64,000 bases of DNA from Candidatus Bathyarchaeota archaeon (lineage in GTDB: Archaea; Thermoproteota; Bathyarchaeia; 40CM-2-53-6; RBG-13-38-9), in NCBI GenBank assembly GCA_963807605.1, contig CAWECG010000003.1, forward strand, positions 864,001 through 928,000, written 5' to 3'. The position numbers and the translations under genes were made by a program. The notes under the pieces are model-generated. The model did not search any database and was not told the origin of the DNA. It saw only the letters and a program-made list of their open reading frames with translations. Positions within the stretch are counted from its first letter, which is position 1, and each line of letters opens with the position of its first letter. Positions 52,700 to 63,427 of this stretch are shown here, in pieces.

Positions 52700-53728
52700 G
52701 TGACAATGCGCATAATACTTGTAGGGTTCGGCAATGTCGGAAGGGCTTTTCTCCGCATGATCGCGGAAGAGGCAACATCACTTAACGAGCGATTCTGGTC
52801 AGGGCTGAGAGTTGTCGCCGTCCTTGACAGGAGAGGAGGCGCATCTAACCAGAACGGTCTCAACATTGCAGAGCTTCTCGAGACCGACCTAAGGGAAGGC
52901 ACGGTCGCTGCTACTCCAAAAATTGGCCAATTCGGTATGTCAGCAATATCAACAATCAAAGAAGTTGAAGCTGATGCGGTGTTGGAGTTGACTCCAACAA
53001 ATCCTGTTAATGGCGAGCCAGGAATCAGTCACATTACGAGTGCTATCAGAAGCGGTAAGCATGTAATCACTACAAATAAAGGACCTCCCGCACTTGCAAT
53101 GCGAACTCTCCAAGATTTGGCCTCAGTGAACGGAGTTGAATTCAGATTCAGTGGAACGGTGGGGGGAGGAACCCCAATATTAGAGTTTGTAGAGCAAATC
53201 GGAGCAACCGACAAGATACACTCTATGAAGGCGATCCTGAACGGAACAACGAACTATGTTCTATCGCGGATGTATGATGTCGAAATATCAATGGAGAAGG
53301 CCCTCAGAGAGGCTCAACAACTAGGATATGCAGAAAGCGATTCTTCTCTTGATGTCAATGGCATCGATCCTGCACTCAAACTGACAATAATAGCCAATTA
53401 CGGTCTTGACCAAGAGCTTACCTTGAAGGATATCAGAGTACACGGTATCGGTGACATCAGTCTGGAAGAGGTTCAGAGATTTAAGAAAGAAGGAAAGAAA
53501 GTGAAACTCGTATGCTCAATCGACAATGAAGTTGCGGTTTCTCCTGAACCGCTTGAAGCATCTCAACCAATTTGTGTGGATGGATCGCTGAACTCAATCC
53601 AGCTGAAGACCAAATACATTGGGGATGTAACTATGATAGGTCCCGGTGCAGGAGGCTATCAGACTGCAACAGCAATACTGAGCGATCTGTTAACCATTGA
53701 GGAAAGAATTCGGGATCGCAGAGGGTAG
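52700..53728 (+). CDS. hom: Homoserine dehydrogenase
   Basis: GFGNVG, TTNKGP, TVGGGTP, NGTTN, AQQLGYAE and GPGAGG. Confidence 0.95.
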   Translation: MTMRIILVGFGNVGRAFLRMIAEEATSLNERFWSGLRVVAVLDRRGGASNQNGLNIAELLETDLREGTVAATPKIGQFGMSAISTIKEVEADAVLELTPTNPVNGEPGISHITSAIRSGKHVITTNKGPPALAMRTLQDLASVNGVEFRFSGTVGGGTPILEFVEQIGATDKIHSMKAILNGTTNYVLSRMYDVEISMEKALREAQQLGYAESDSSLDVNGIDPALKLTIIANYGLDQELTLKDIRVHGIGDISLEEVQRFKKEGKKVKLVCSIDNEVAVSPEPLEASQPICVDGSLNSIQLKTKYIGDVTMIGPGAGGYQTATAILSDLLTIEERIRDRRG

Positions 53729-53950
53729 CTTTTCTAAGAGAAGTAATGAGACATATTACTATATCCAATAGAAGTACTATGGTTCAGAGGACAGTTCTCT
53801 AGTTATCTGACATGGGAGTCGCAAGGCCTATCATCACACAGATCATCTAGTAGGCATAGAACACAACTGAATGATGCCATATAACACCAAATTAAAAGAG
53901 AACAGAATAGACGAAGAGCTTAAACATACGGTAAAACATCGGCTCAAGAA

Positions 53951-54841
53951 GTGATGCGAGAAGTGAAGACTGGTTGGTTTGGGGTTTTATGCCTTCTCAC
54001 AGCCGCTTCTTTCATCAATCATCCCAACTATCAATTAGTAAACAGCACCTCTCAAGGATTCTCACTTAGGGGTCCTACACACTGTTTCAGTGTAGGGGTT
54101 GGGTACGATTCCAAATTCCTATTCTCAATAAGATCGCTCGGGTATACTGGACGTATAGATTTTGAAGTGAGTGCTCCAGATGGAATAGAGGTCAATTTAG
54201 AAACTCCTGTCTTTCTAAACTCTACAGGAGCTGGAGCCTACTGCCCCATAACTGTGCGTGCGACCTCAAAGGCCAACTACGGGAATCAGTCAATTCGAAT
54301 TATGGCACGGGGAGAGACTTATACAGACTCTATTACGGTATGCATAGAAGTCGTGAGTTTAACGACGCTTACGATGCAGACATCCCCAATAGGCATCGCA
54401 GTTGATATTTTCTTAGATAACACCAAGTACCACTTAGAATCACAACCCCTTGTACTCAGGATCCGTGCGGGTCAGCACTCAATACAACTGATAACAAACT
54501 CATCCACCATAGGATCAAATAATTATGTAAGCGAGGAGTTGGACTTCACGAATATTGATGGAAATACGACTTATTATGCAAGCTCAGGTAGACCGCTGAC
54601 TCTTGACATCTTTGGCAAGAGCACTCTCACAATTCGATTTAGAGAGGAATTATTAACTACAACCGAAACTTCGAAGTTGACAACAACAGTCTCCACTGAT
54701 ATGATCTTGTTCATTGTACTAGCGGTTGTGATCTTGGCGACAATCGCAGTATGCCTTAGGAGAAGACAAACCAGAGTGGCTTCCGTTGAAGTCACGAAGG
54801 GCAACGACGCCCCAGCTGCCAGCATTGTTCTAAATTCGTGA
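53951..54841 (+). CDS. Secreted, C-terminally anchored beta-rich surface protein
   Basis: Signal-peptide-like N-terminus, Thr-rich linker, TM helix followed by RRR. Confidence 0.7.
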   Translation: MMREVKTGWFGVLCLLTAASFINHPNYQLVNSTSQGFSLRGPTHCFSVGVGYDSKFLFSIRSLGYTGRIDFEVSAPDGIEVNLETPVFLNSTGAGAYCPITVRATSKANYGNQSIRIMARGETYTDSITVCIEVVSLTTLTMQTSPIGIAVDIFLDNTKYHLESQPLVLRIRAGQHSIQLITNSSTIGSNNYVSEELDFTNIDGNTTYYASSGRPLTLDIFGKSTLTIRFREELLTTTETSKLTTTVSTDMILFIVLAVVILATIAVCLRRRQTRVASVEVTKGNDAPAASIVLNS

Positions 54842-54899
54842 AATATATCGTTCTTAAACTTAATATTATTCCGTCCACTCTAAAACATATGGACGACTT

Positions 54900-55229
54900 T
54901 TGTCAAGAGTAAAATTCATCACAACTGAAGATCTCCTTGAGATGCATGCCAACGACCAGAATTTCAAGCTCGTAGAGGTTTTGGCTAGAGAAGAGTTTGG
55001 GAAGGGACACATTCCTAGAGCCATTAACATACCTCTTGATCAGTTACCGGAACTCTCAAAAAAGTACCTAACTAAGAGCGACACCATTGTAGTCTACTGC
55101 GCAAGTTATCAATGCAATGCCAGTACTAACGCTGCTAGGGCACTCGTGAAAATGGGGTACAAGAAGACGCTTGATTACAAAGCGGGTAAGAAAGGCTGGC
55201 TTCATGCTGGTTTTGAGTTAGAGAAGTAA
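54900..55229 (+). CDS. Rhodanese-like domain protein
   Basis: GHIPRAINIP and IVVYCAS. Confidence 0.9.
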   Translation: MSRVKFITTEDLLEMHANDQNFKLVEVLAREEFGKGHIPRAINIPLDQLPELSKKYLTKSDTIVVYCASYQCNASTNAARALVKMGYKKTLDYKAGKKGWLHAGFELEK

Positions 55230-55337
55230 CCAAAGAGAGAATTAGAGAATGGAATAATCGCGATCTATAGAACACATATTTGCTGGAAGTTGAATCTGAT
55301 TCTTAGCTTATTTGCGAGATTTTGTCTCGATGAAAAG

Positions 55338-56240
55338 TCATAGGTTCGGCAGATCAGATTTTGTGGGTAGACCATTTCTACCACCGTATTCACTGATACA
55401 TCGTAAGGCCACGAAATTTCCTAGTTTACCACAAATATACAGATCTTTTTCATTCAGTAGACCGTATAGAAAGCCAGCGCAGAAGGCGTCACCCGCTCCA
55501 GTTGTATCTTTAGGTTTCTTCTTGTGTGCTGGAATTAGGTAGCTCTCTCTACCGTCGGTGATGTAACATCCTCTCTCGCCCAACTTCACAGCTATTGTCT
55601 CTACTCCTCGAGCGAGGAGATCCTTTGAACCTCTCCTGTAGTCCTTCTTCGTCATACTTCTCAACTCGTTCTCATTTGGAAGAAAGACTGATGTTCTCTT
55701 AAGAATCGGATCCAAGGCTCGAAGTCCTCTCTTGGCGTAGAGTGCACCTGGGTCAAGACTAACCCACGCCTTTTTGGAATTCTTGACCAAATGGTTCTGG
55801 GCATTGAATGGCGCGTCCCCGACAAACGATGTTAGATGAAGGATCTTTGATGAATCTGCATAAGTCACCTCGACTTCCCTAGAGGTGAGCTTATCGTTCA
55901 CCCCTGGGTCGATGTATAGTGCCCTTTCCCCACTATCATCCACGAGACCTATACAGACGCCGGTTCTTCCATTTTTTGAAATTATTACTCCACTAGTGTC
56001 TATTCCCTCTCTTTTGATGTCACCAAGAAGGTATCTGCCTTCTGGGTCATTGGTCAACTTGCCGATATATCCTGTGTTCAACCCGAGCCGGGCCAATCCC
56101 ACTATGGTATTCGCAGCTGAGCCTCCAGCGGAGACTGTTAGACTCTTTACAAATGTTTCCTCTCCTGCTCCAGCTATCTTATCGACGCTGTATAGCTTAT
56201 CTAAATTGAGCGCTCCGAAGCCTACCACATCTAGCCTCAA
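55338..56240 (-). CDS. PfkB family sugar/nucleoside kinase
   Basis: GGSAAN, PNENE and DTTGAGDAF. Confidence 0.93.
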   Translation of the reverse strand: MRLDVVGFGALNLDKLYSVDKIAGAGEETFVKSLTVSAGGSAANTIVGLARLGLNTGYIGKLTNDPEGRYLLGDIKREGIDTSGVIISKNGRTGVCIGLVDDSGERALYIDPGVNDKLTSREVEVTYADSSKILHLTSFVGDAPFNAQNHLVKNSKKAWVSLDPGALYAKRGLRALDPILKRTSVFLPNENELRSMTKKDYRRGSKDLLARGVETIAVKLGERGCYITDGRESYLIPAHKKKPKDTTGAGDAFCAGFLYGLLNEKDLYICGKLGNFVALRCISEYGGRNGLPTKSDLPNL

Positions 56241-57151
56241 ATGAATAACCCTCGTAAGCCCACTCGGTATCGTCCGAGTTTTCCTCCGTAGTTTCCAGCA
56301 GATATCTTGGTAACTTCAGGCATATCCCAGATGCTTTCTATACCAGCTTTCATTGCTTTGGAGACCGTAGGTAAGGAGACACCGTTTATGACAATTTCCG
56401 GTATATAGTTAACATCTTCAGGAACTTTAGAGCGACTTCCTAGTTTCTCCCTCAAAGACGGACAGTAGACCTCGTTGGTTGTTGGTCCGATCCAAGGAAA
56501 TTTGGTTTCTGGTTTTGAGCCTGCTGAACATATGTTAAATGGTGTTACTGCCCCATAAATGTGATGAACTGCTTCCAGAGCTCTTTTTCCCGCCTCAAAC
56601 ACTGCTTTCTTGCTTCTGCACATATACCAGAAGTTTCCCCCCATCACGCCAAGATTGTATCCCAAATATCTCTCTATTCGAAAGTTGGGAATCATTATTG
56701 GGATGTTTATGATCCTTCTACCCCTGTATTCTTCTTCCCACTCAAAGCCGTCACCGCAGTGACCAACCCTTTCCATGGTGTCTATCTGACCAACTGAGTC
56801 TTCAAGTGCGTTGAAGACTGCTGTGAACGGCTTGACAAGAATGTCCTGCCTTATTCTGTAAGAAAGCTCAACCTCAAACTTTTTGATAGAGTCCTGCAAA
56901 GGCTTGGATGTGTCTATGCCCCCCCAAAACTGGATGATTGCGCCCTTGCGGCCATCAGGGGTATCTTCATTTGAAATGAACTCCTCGATACCGCCTTCGA
57001 CTCTTCCAATCACAATGGATGGCGTGCTCGTAGAGTCGTCAGCGGCAGCCTTCAGAGTTTCATCGTCTTCAGCGGTCACGATGATTCTCACGAAGACTCC
57101 TTCAAATGCTTCTGCGTATGTATCTTCCAGTTTTTCTATTCCCATTTTCAA
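56237..57151 (-). CDS. Formylmethanofuran:H4MPT formyltransferase (Ftr) family protein
   Basis: [30 protein letters not shown] and [11 protein letters not shown]. Confidence 0.88.
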   Translation of the reverse strand: MKMGIEKLEDTYAEAFEGVFVRIIVTAEDDETLKAAADDSTSTPSIVIGRVEGGIEEFISNEDTPDGRKGAIIQFWGGIDTSKPLQDSIKKFEVELSYRIRQDILVKPFTAVFNALEDSVGQIDTMERVGHCGDGFEWEEEYRGRRIINIPIMIPNFRIERYLGYNLGVMGGNFWYMCRSKKAVFEAGKRALEAVHHIYGAVTPFNICSAGSKPETKFPWIGPTTNEVYCPSLREKLGSRSKVPEDVNYIPEIVINGVSLPTVSKAMKAGIESIWDMPEVTKISAGNYGGKLGRYRVGLRGLFI

Positions 57152-57163
57152 ACCTCGTTTCGA

Positions 57164-58243
57164 TTACCCCAAGCTTCCGACGACTTCGCCTCTAACCTTC
57201 TTTCTAAAAAGGCAACTTTCCTTTGTCAATCTTTCCTTATTACCCTCGGATATTGCTTCGACTTGAGGAAGTTTACTTCCATAGACCTCCACTGATAATG
57301 CATACATTTGTTCACCACAGATCTTTTTTATCGATTCGTATCCCCAACTTGACACAAGCATCTTCACAGCCTCTCTTCCTCCGTTATTGAAAGCAAGGCT
57401 AAGTATGCCTATTGCAAGTGTATTCTCCGAAAGCACTGCAAGCTCCGCTTCTCTGATTGCGTACTCGTTTCCGTTAAAAGAGATTGGAAGACCCTGATTT
57501 TCTTTGACATACCTGAGTGGTGCTGAGTCGGTTATGCTATCTCCGATGTAGATCACTTGTCTTGGCTTACAGAGATTCTTTTCAATTATATCTTTGACGG
57601 CTTCGACTTTCTCCGCTCCGCCGACAGGCCTAACTTCCCTGATAATTCTTCCAGCGGCCATCTTCTGGATCTTAGACCAAAAGATATCGTCAAGATACCC
57701 AATGGTTTCTTGATCCTGTCTTTCAAGGTCTGTAACGGAGCGTGCATCAATAGGAATGGTTGGCAGTGGCAGTTTAGCCAATTCACTTGCCCAAGATCTG
57801 AGTTTATCGTTCTCCCAATTGGGGATCTGAAATTGATCAAGATCAAGCTTGGTACAATAGACACTAATCATAGGAAAGTTCGTGAGTCTGCATAATGCTT
57901 GGATGTACTGTTCATAGCTGGTGCTTACTATGAACGAGGGCATTAACCTCCTCACAAGTGAGAGCGTCTCCCTCGCTCTAGGGATCAGAACGACCCCTTC
58001 AGCGGAAAGTTCTCTCAGCACTTCATTCGTTGCGCCAAAAGCCTTCAGGAAGGGAAGGATGAGCTTTAATGTATCACCAGGCCTGTAGCCGGGCCTTTTT
58101 ACCAGATCAGCCTGCACATCATCATATTTGCTGAGTAGCGTGAATAGTGCAGCGCCTTCAGGAATTAGCTTGTCCGTAAGCTCAAATGCGTTATCGTTCT
58201 TAGAAATCGGTCCTTCACAATCTGTTACGAAAATCCTCTTCAC
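57164..58243 (-). CDS. HAD-superfamily hydrolase (EhaR-like)
   Basis: TDCEGP, VSTSY, YIGDSITD and SFNGN. Confidence 0.8.
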   Translation of the reverse strand: MKRIFVTDCEGPISKNDNAFELTDKLIPEGAALFTLLSKYDDVQADLVKRPGYRPGDTLKLILPFLKAFGATNEVLRELSAEGVVLIPRARETLSLVRRLMPSFIVSTSYEQYIQALCRLTNFPMISVYCTKLDLDQFQIPNWENDKLRSWASELAKLPLPTIPIDARSVTDLERQDQETIGYLDDIFWSKIQKMAAGRIIREVRPVGGAEKVEAVKDIIEKNLCKPRQVIYIGDSITDSAPLRYVKENQGLPISFNGNEYAIREAELAVLSENTLAIGILSLAFNNGGREAVKMLVSSWGYESIKKICGEQMYALSVEVYGSKLPQVEAISEGNKERLTKESCLFRKKVRGEVVGSLG

Positions 58244-59676
58244 GCCATCCTCAGCCGCTTCATGTGTTCGATACTCTTACCGATATGTTCTCGGGATGCG
58301 ATATCGCTTCTATACCACAAGGCGCCTCCACGGATCCTCTTTATTCCCTCAAGAGCAAACTCTCTTGCCTCCTCTATTGTTGCCGCTGTCCCAACTGAAG
58401 AGATTGTTCTTGAGGAGAGTGAGTAGAGGTTACCATCAGATCGCACTTCAATAGAACCAGGATAGATCCTAAGATTGAGGAAATTTGCCTGTTCATATTG
58501 TATAGCATCACCAAGATATATTGGCGAGTCTTTCTCTTTCGTGGAGACTCTGGTTGGATATTGCGTGAAATAACCGCCATACGACAGAGGAGCTTTGTAG
58601 ATAACCACACTTGACATAGGTTTGATTCGGACTGACTGGAGTTCACCATCGATCATCTTCAGGCAGATCTCAACAAAATCTTGATCTACTATCGGCAGAA
58701 TATTCTGAATCTCGGGATCCCCCGGTCGACTGTTTATTTCAAGAACCTTAGGTCCGTCAGCCGAATGCATGAATGCAACGTAGAAGGGAATACCCCTCAG
58801 GTTAGCGTTGTTTCCTCCTCCGGAGAACTCTCTGAAGATGTTCTCCGCTATCTTAACCTCCTCGCTCATATCCGACGGTCCCATGAAAGGAAGCAAGTTC
58901 CCTGTGCCCTTGTATGAACCCATGCCGCCCGTGTTTGGTCCCTTATCTCCCTCAAAGGCCCTCTTGTAATCTCGAGTCTCAGGGAGAGCAAGCAAGTGTC
59001 TTCCGTCACAGAAAGCTTGGAAACTTGATTCCTCGCCGTCTATCTTCTCTTCGACTATGACTTTCTCACTTCCTCCTCCATATATCGAATAGAAGTGGAG
59101 GTAGGCTTCCTGCATAGAGAAGAAGTGTTCGCCACCAACGCCAACTCCTTTGCCGAAACCAGGCCTATCAGGTTTTATCACAACATTCTCTGGGCCTCCA
59201 AGCTGAGTCAGCCATTCTTCAAAATCAGGTCTGGGCTCAGCTCCCAAGTTCTTTGGGTCAAAGACTTTGAACAAAGGATTCGCTTTCGGTGCACACTCTT
59301 GGAGCAGGCGTCTTTGGGAGACCTTGCTGCCCTCGATCGCATACTCACGTGTCGGGCACACAAGTGGAATGCCAGTCTGCTTCTCGATGAGATCTCGGAT
59401 ACCCTGAATTATTGGTCCTTCAGAACCAACTATACCAAAACGTATCTTATCTCTATACTTCTCTGCAAAGTTGCAGATCTCATTAAGCGAGAGATCTGGG
59501 ATAACCCTGTGTTCTCCACTGTTCTCAACTTTCTTGATATTGAAAGGATTGGATTGTTTGTCAGCTATGTAGAACTCTACATTGTATTCTTCGCTTCGGG
59601 ACAAGGCGTCGACTATAGCCACGTCTCGTGAGCCATAACTGACAACTAGGACGCCAATCTTTTCCATCCGGTTCAT
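58240..59676 (-). CDS. purD: Phosphoribosylamine-glycine ligase
   Basis: IEGSK, GKGV, DYKRAFEGDKGPNTGGMGS and EINSRPGDPE. Confidence 0.95.
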   Translation of the reverse strand: MNRMEKIGVLVVSYGSRDVAIVDALSRSEEYNVEFYIADKQSNPFNIKKVENSGEHRVIPDLSLNEICNFAEKYRDKIRFGIVGSEGPIIQGIRDLIEKQTGIPLVCPTREYAIEGSKVSQRRLLQECAPKANPLFKVFDPKNLGAEPRPDFEEWLTQLGGPENVVIKPDRPGFGKGVGVGGEHFFSMQEAYLHFYSIYGGGSEKVIVEEKIDGEESSFQAFCDGRHLLALPETRDYKRAFEGDKGPNTGGMGSYKGTGNLLPFMGPSDMSEEVKIAENIFREFSGGGNNANLRGIPFYVAFMHSADGPKVLEINSRPGDPEIQNILPIVDQDFVEICLKMIDGELQSVRIKPMSSVVIYKAPLSYGGYFTQYPTRVSTKEKDSPIYLGDAIQYEQANFLNLRIYPGSIEVRSDGNLYSLSSRTISSVGTAATIEEAREFALEGIKRIRGGALWYRSDIASREHIGKSIEHMKRLRMA

Positions 59677-59684
59677 CTTACTTT

Positions 59685-60500
59685 CTAGTTTGTCAGCAAG
59701 GTTCTTGATTTCTCAGTTGCCTTAATTACAGCTTTCATCAAAGTTGCGCGTATCATACCTTCCTCAAGTTGCAGTAGTCCCTCAATGGTAGCGCCCCCAG
59801 GGGTAGTGACCATATCTTTCAGTTTAGCTGGATGCTCCTTCGTTTCAAGAACCATCTTAGCAGCTCCCAATGCAGTCTGCGCAGCTAGAAGAGTTGCCAA
59901 GTTCCTTTCCAACCCAACTTTTACTCCACCATCACTCAGAGCCTCTATCATAGTGTAAATGTAGGCGGGGCCGCTCCCACTTAATGCCGTAATTGCATCC
60001 AGATGCTTCTCATCGACAACCACAACTCTGCCGACCGAACTGAAGATCTTCTCAGCCAACGCAATACTTTCAGGTGAGCAATTTGGTCCTTTGGAAAGTG
60101 CAACCATACCCTCGCCAACGAGAACAGCTACATTCGGCATTGCTCGAACTATTGGAATGTCACCTCCAAGAATCTTCGAAAAGAACTCTGCAGACACACC
60201 TGAAACCAATGTGATGATAAGCTGCCTCGTTGTGATGAACATCTTGATACTTTCAGCAGCACTCTTCGCGTCTTTAGGTTTCACCGCGATGACGATCACA
60301 TTGCATTTATGTGCTACCTTGAAGATGTCTGAGTCGCACTTTATGCCATACGCTTTCGATACGTATTGACAACGTTCCTTTAGTAGGTCAGCAGCAAAAA
60401 GTCTGGAGGGTTCAAGGACTTTTTCAGATAATAGACCTCGTATCAGAGCCTCACCCATCTTGCCTGCTCCAACTATACATGCCTTCAAGTCTTCAATCAT
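59685..60500 (-). CDS. proC: Pyrroline-5-carboxylate reductase
   Basis: GAGKMG, RAMPN, ALSGSGPAY and VTTPGGAT. Confidence 0.96.
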   Translation of the reverse strand: MIEDLKACIVGAGKMGEALIRGLLSEKVLEPSRLFAADLLKERCQYVSKAYGIKCDSDIFKVAHKCNVIVIAVKPKDAKSAAESIKMFITTRQLIITLVSGVSAEFFSKILGGDIPIVRAMPNVAVLVGEGMVALSKGPNCSPESIALAEKIFSSVGRVVVVDEKHLDAITALSGSGPAYIYTMIEALSDGGVKVGLERNLATLLAAQTALGAAKMVLETKEHPAKLKDMVTTPGGATIEGLLQLEEGMIRATLMKAVIKATEKSRTLLTN

Positions 60501-60934
60501 CTTTCAACACTGCTTTCCTATTCTCTATTTGCTCCAAAATAAAAGACCACACACACATATTCATCTGATCGGAGCATAAAAATTCGCAACTAGCTCATTA
60601 TGCGATAAGTCGCTGACCTTGTGCCTTGGGTAGTGCGCGATAAATTCCGCTGCTGCAGCCTCTGTCAGAAAGTCGTTACTTGCCAACCATAGATAACATC
60701 GTTGGTGCTTGGATCTGAAAATGTTTGGTGCTATGGAAATGGTTCTCATCTTTTAATTCATTCATCCGAAGCGAGCCTAACTTCTGTGTTGGCGGTTAGT
60801 TGATATTAGCTTCGGAGTTTTGACTTCAGCTTAAGTATGATGTATGGCCAAATATTAGAACCGGCTTTCCCTCTTGAGGTTGTCTAAGAAGATCTTTACG
60901 GTGTACTAGAATTCGGTTGACTGCAATCGTAGAC

Positions 60935-61306
60935 TTAGACGAGGAGAGCTCTCTGCATACACTTTGGGCAGATCAGCTCGTCTTCCTTCATTGTGGCACC
61001 ACAATAAATGCAGAGCTTATTTCCAATGGGCGACGCAGGTAGATACAGTTGGGGTGTCTGGTATACTGGGTAAGAAGGTCTGCGATACGTGGGAGGGGTT
61101 CCAGAATAGGCGGGATATGGACGTTGAGGATTGCTGTACTGGGGAGTATAGCCGTATTGAGGATAAGCTGGAGAGGGGTAGGCTTGGGCAGGTTTGTAAC
61201 ATTGAGGGCAGATCCATTTGTTGTACTGCGATGACCAGACTTTGAATCCACCACATTTCCAACATTTCTTAGGTTTCTGATACGGTGAATACAAAGCATT
61301 TCCCAC
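60935..61306 (-). CDS. Zinc-ribbon protein with Pro/Tyr/Gln-rich linker
   Basis: CWKC...CPQC, P/Y-rich middle, CIYC...CPKC. Confidence 0.7.
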   Translation of the reverse strand: MGNALYSPYQKPKKCWKCGGFKVWSSQYNKWICPQCYKPAQAYPSPAYPQYGYTPQYSNPQRPYPAYSGTPPTYRRPSYPVYQTPQLYLPASPIGNKLCIYCGATMKEDELICPKCMQRALLV

Positions 61307-61373
61307 CTGAAGAGTCGTACAGTACTCCCTTTAAGGTTTAGCCTTTTCTTGAACCAATTAGTTGTTATACAGA

Positions 61374-62618
61374 CTATTCCTTTCTCAGAGCTATCAATGG
61401 GCTGAAGCGCGAAGCTCTCCAAGCGGGGTATAATCCAGCTACACAGCTCAACACCAACGAGAGCAGAGCCACGTATGCGAGATCGATGGGAACGAATAGA
61501 GGCTTTACTCCCGTGCTTCCGACGCCAAACGGCAAGACGCGGATCATGAGGTAAGCTCCACCTATCCCTATCATGACTCCAAGCATGCCCCCCAGTATCC
61601 CGATCATGATTGATTCTGTGAGGAACATTAAGAGTACCATCAAGCTGTTGAAGCCTAGGGCCTTTAAGAGTCCTATTTCTTTTGTTCTCTCAATCACAGA
61701 AGTGAAGAGAGTTGTGATTATGCCGACGGCTCCGACGAACATCGAGACCGAGGCTATACTGGAGATGAACGCGTTGAACGTCGAGAATACACCCTGTATT
61801 GTCTCGGTGATCGCTTTAGGAGTAATGATTCCAATGGTCTTACCGAATCTGGTTCTGATCTCCTGTTCAACCTTGTCATTAAGGGCCGGGTCTTTCGTTA
61901 TGACATAAATGCCATCGTATTGCGAGCCTTTTTCAAAGAAAGTGTTGGCGGCACTCAGAGAAATGTACACGTTAGTGTCGACAGCCATTGTTCCTAGTTT
62001 GCTGATGACGCCTTTGATTTGGAAGGATTTTGTCTTTGTCGTCACTTTCTGGGTCTGTCCGACGTTTTCGGTCTGGGCGATCTCCATAATGAGCATTTTT
62101 CCTTGAGGTGCAAAGAGCGTGGTCTCACTTGGCGGGAGTGATACGTCCATTCCGACAATCATTCCGCTGGAGTCAGAGGTGGAGACGTAGGAACCCGATG
62201 CTAGACTGATTTTTGGAATTACTAGTCGGAGTTTGCTCTGGTCCATTCCGATTACTTGCGCGGTTAATTCTTTGCTTCCAGATCTAAGGGTTGCAGCGCT
62301 CTGTATAGTTGGAATGGCTTGTTCGACGCCTGGCATTCTAGCAATGGTTCTCACTGTATAGTCATTTATGATAATCTTTTGGCTTTCTTGTTGACCACCG
62401 CCGAACCTACCCAGTGGTTGTGAGGGTGACACGATTACTAGGTTGGCTCCTAGGGAGCCAAGCTGGTCTGCTATGAAGACGTTCATTCCCCCGCTAAGTC
62501 CGTTTAGAGACGTCATCAGAGCAGCGCCTATTATTACCATAAGCACAGTTAAGCCAGTTCTAAGCTTCCTCTCGCTGAGGGCGCTGGAAGCCAATTTGAA
62601 GAGGTCAAGGGGGGTCAA
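61374..62618 (-). CDS. MacB/FtsX-like ABC transporter permease
   Basis: RTGLTVLMVIIG, ERTKEIGLLKALG and GLYPAWRA. Confidence 0.93.
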   Translation of the reverse strand: MTPLDLFKLASSALSERKLRTGLTVLMVIIGAALMTSLNGLSGGMNVFIADQLGSLGANLVIVSPSQPLGRFGGGQQESQKIIINDYTVRTIARMPGVEQAIPTIQSAATLRSGSKELTAQVIGMDQSKLRLVIPKISLASGSYVSTSDSSGMIVGMDVSLPPSETTLFAPQGKMLIMEIAQTENVGQTQKVTTKTKSFQIKGVISKLGTMAVDTNVYISLSAANTFFEKGSQYDGIYVITKDPALNDKVEQEIRTRFGKTIGIITPKAITETIQGVFSTFNAFISSIASVSMFVGAVGIITTLFTSVIERTKEIGLLKALGFNSLMVLLMFLTESIMIGILGGMLGVMIGIGGAYLMIRVLPFGVGSTGVKPLFVPIDLAYVALLSLVLSCVAGLYPAWRASRFSPLIALRKE

Positions 62619-63379
62619 TCTGGGATCACCCTCTCCTTATCTGTTGGCTGTTTACCCCATATCCCGATCGATTCTTTCTCTATCAAACCGTCTCTGAGGT
62701 GAAGGATTCTGTCTGTTTCGTTTGCTAATTCAGGGTTATGGGTGACCATTACTATGGTTGCTTTCTGTTCTTTGTTAATTTCGCGCAGGAGTTCCGCTAT
62801 TTCGCTTCCCGTCTTTGAGTCGAGATTTCCTGTCGGTTCATCTGCTAAGATGAAGGCTGGTTTGTTTATGAGAGCTCTTGCTATCGCGACTCTCTGTTGT
62901 TCCCCGCCGCTCATGAAATTAGGTTTTCGGTTGACTTTGTCTCCTAGCCCGACCATTTCAAGCAGATGCCTAGCCCTTTCCCTCCTGATCTTCGCTGGCA
63001 CGCTACTTACGATGGCAGGGAGTTCGACATTTTTTAGAGCGGTCGTGCGTGCCACAAGATTGAAGCTTTGAAAGATAAAGCCAATTTTTCTATTTCTAAA
63101 GCTTGCTAGACCCCAATCGTTGAGGTTTGTTATGTCGATCTCATCTATGATGATTCTGCCCTTTGTCGGCCTATCGAGGGCACCAAGCATGTTAAGGAGG
63201 GTCGACTTTCCGCTTCCTGATGGTCCCACGATGGATACGTATTCACCTCGTCCAACCTTCAGGTTGACTCCACGGAGCGCAGTTACTACTACGTCACCGA
63301 ATTCGAAGGTCTTGTGCAGATCGGTTGTCTCTATCGCTAGTTCTTCTGCTGTATTAGCTTGTGACGGCAAGGTCTGCAC
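62615..63379 (-). CDS. ABC transporter ATP-binding protein (LolD/MacB-like)
   Basis: GPSGSGKST, SGGEQQR and ADEPTGNLD. Confidence 0.96.
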   Translation of the reverse strand: MQTLPSQANTAEELAIETTDLHKTFEFGDVVVTALRGVNLKVGRGEYVSIVGPSGSGKSTLLNMLGALDRPTKGRIIIDEIDITNLNDWGLASFRNRKIGFIFQSFNLVARTTALKNVELPAIVSSVPAKIRRERARHLLEMVGLGDKVNRKPNFMSGGEQQRVAIARALINKPAFILADEPTGNLDSKTGSEIAELLREINKEQKATIVMVTHNPELANETDRILHLRDGLIEKESIGIWGKQPTDKERVIPD

Positions 63380-63427
63380 GTTCCTATCAGGTCTATGAAT
63401 GATGCGGATCTATTCGAGCATGGACTA

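Noticed and set aside
1163-63398. Numerous 60-150-aa antisense or overlapping ORFs in the ORF track
   Set aside because: They are shadows of well-supported genes on the opposite strand or frame.
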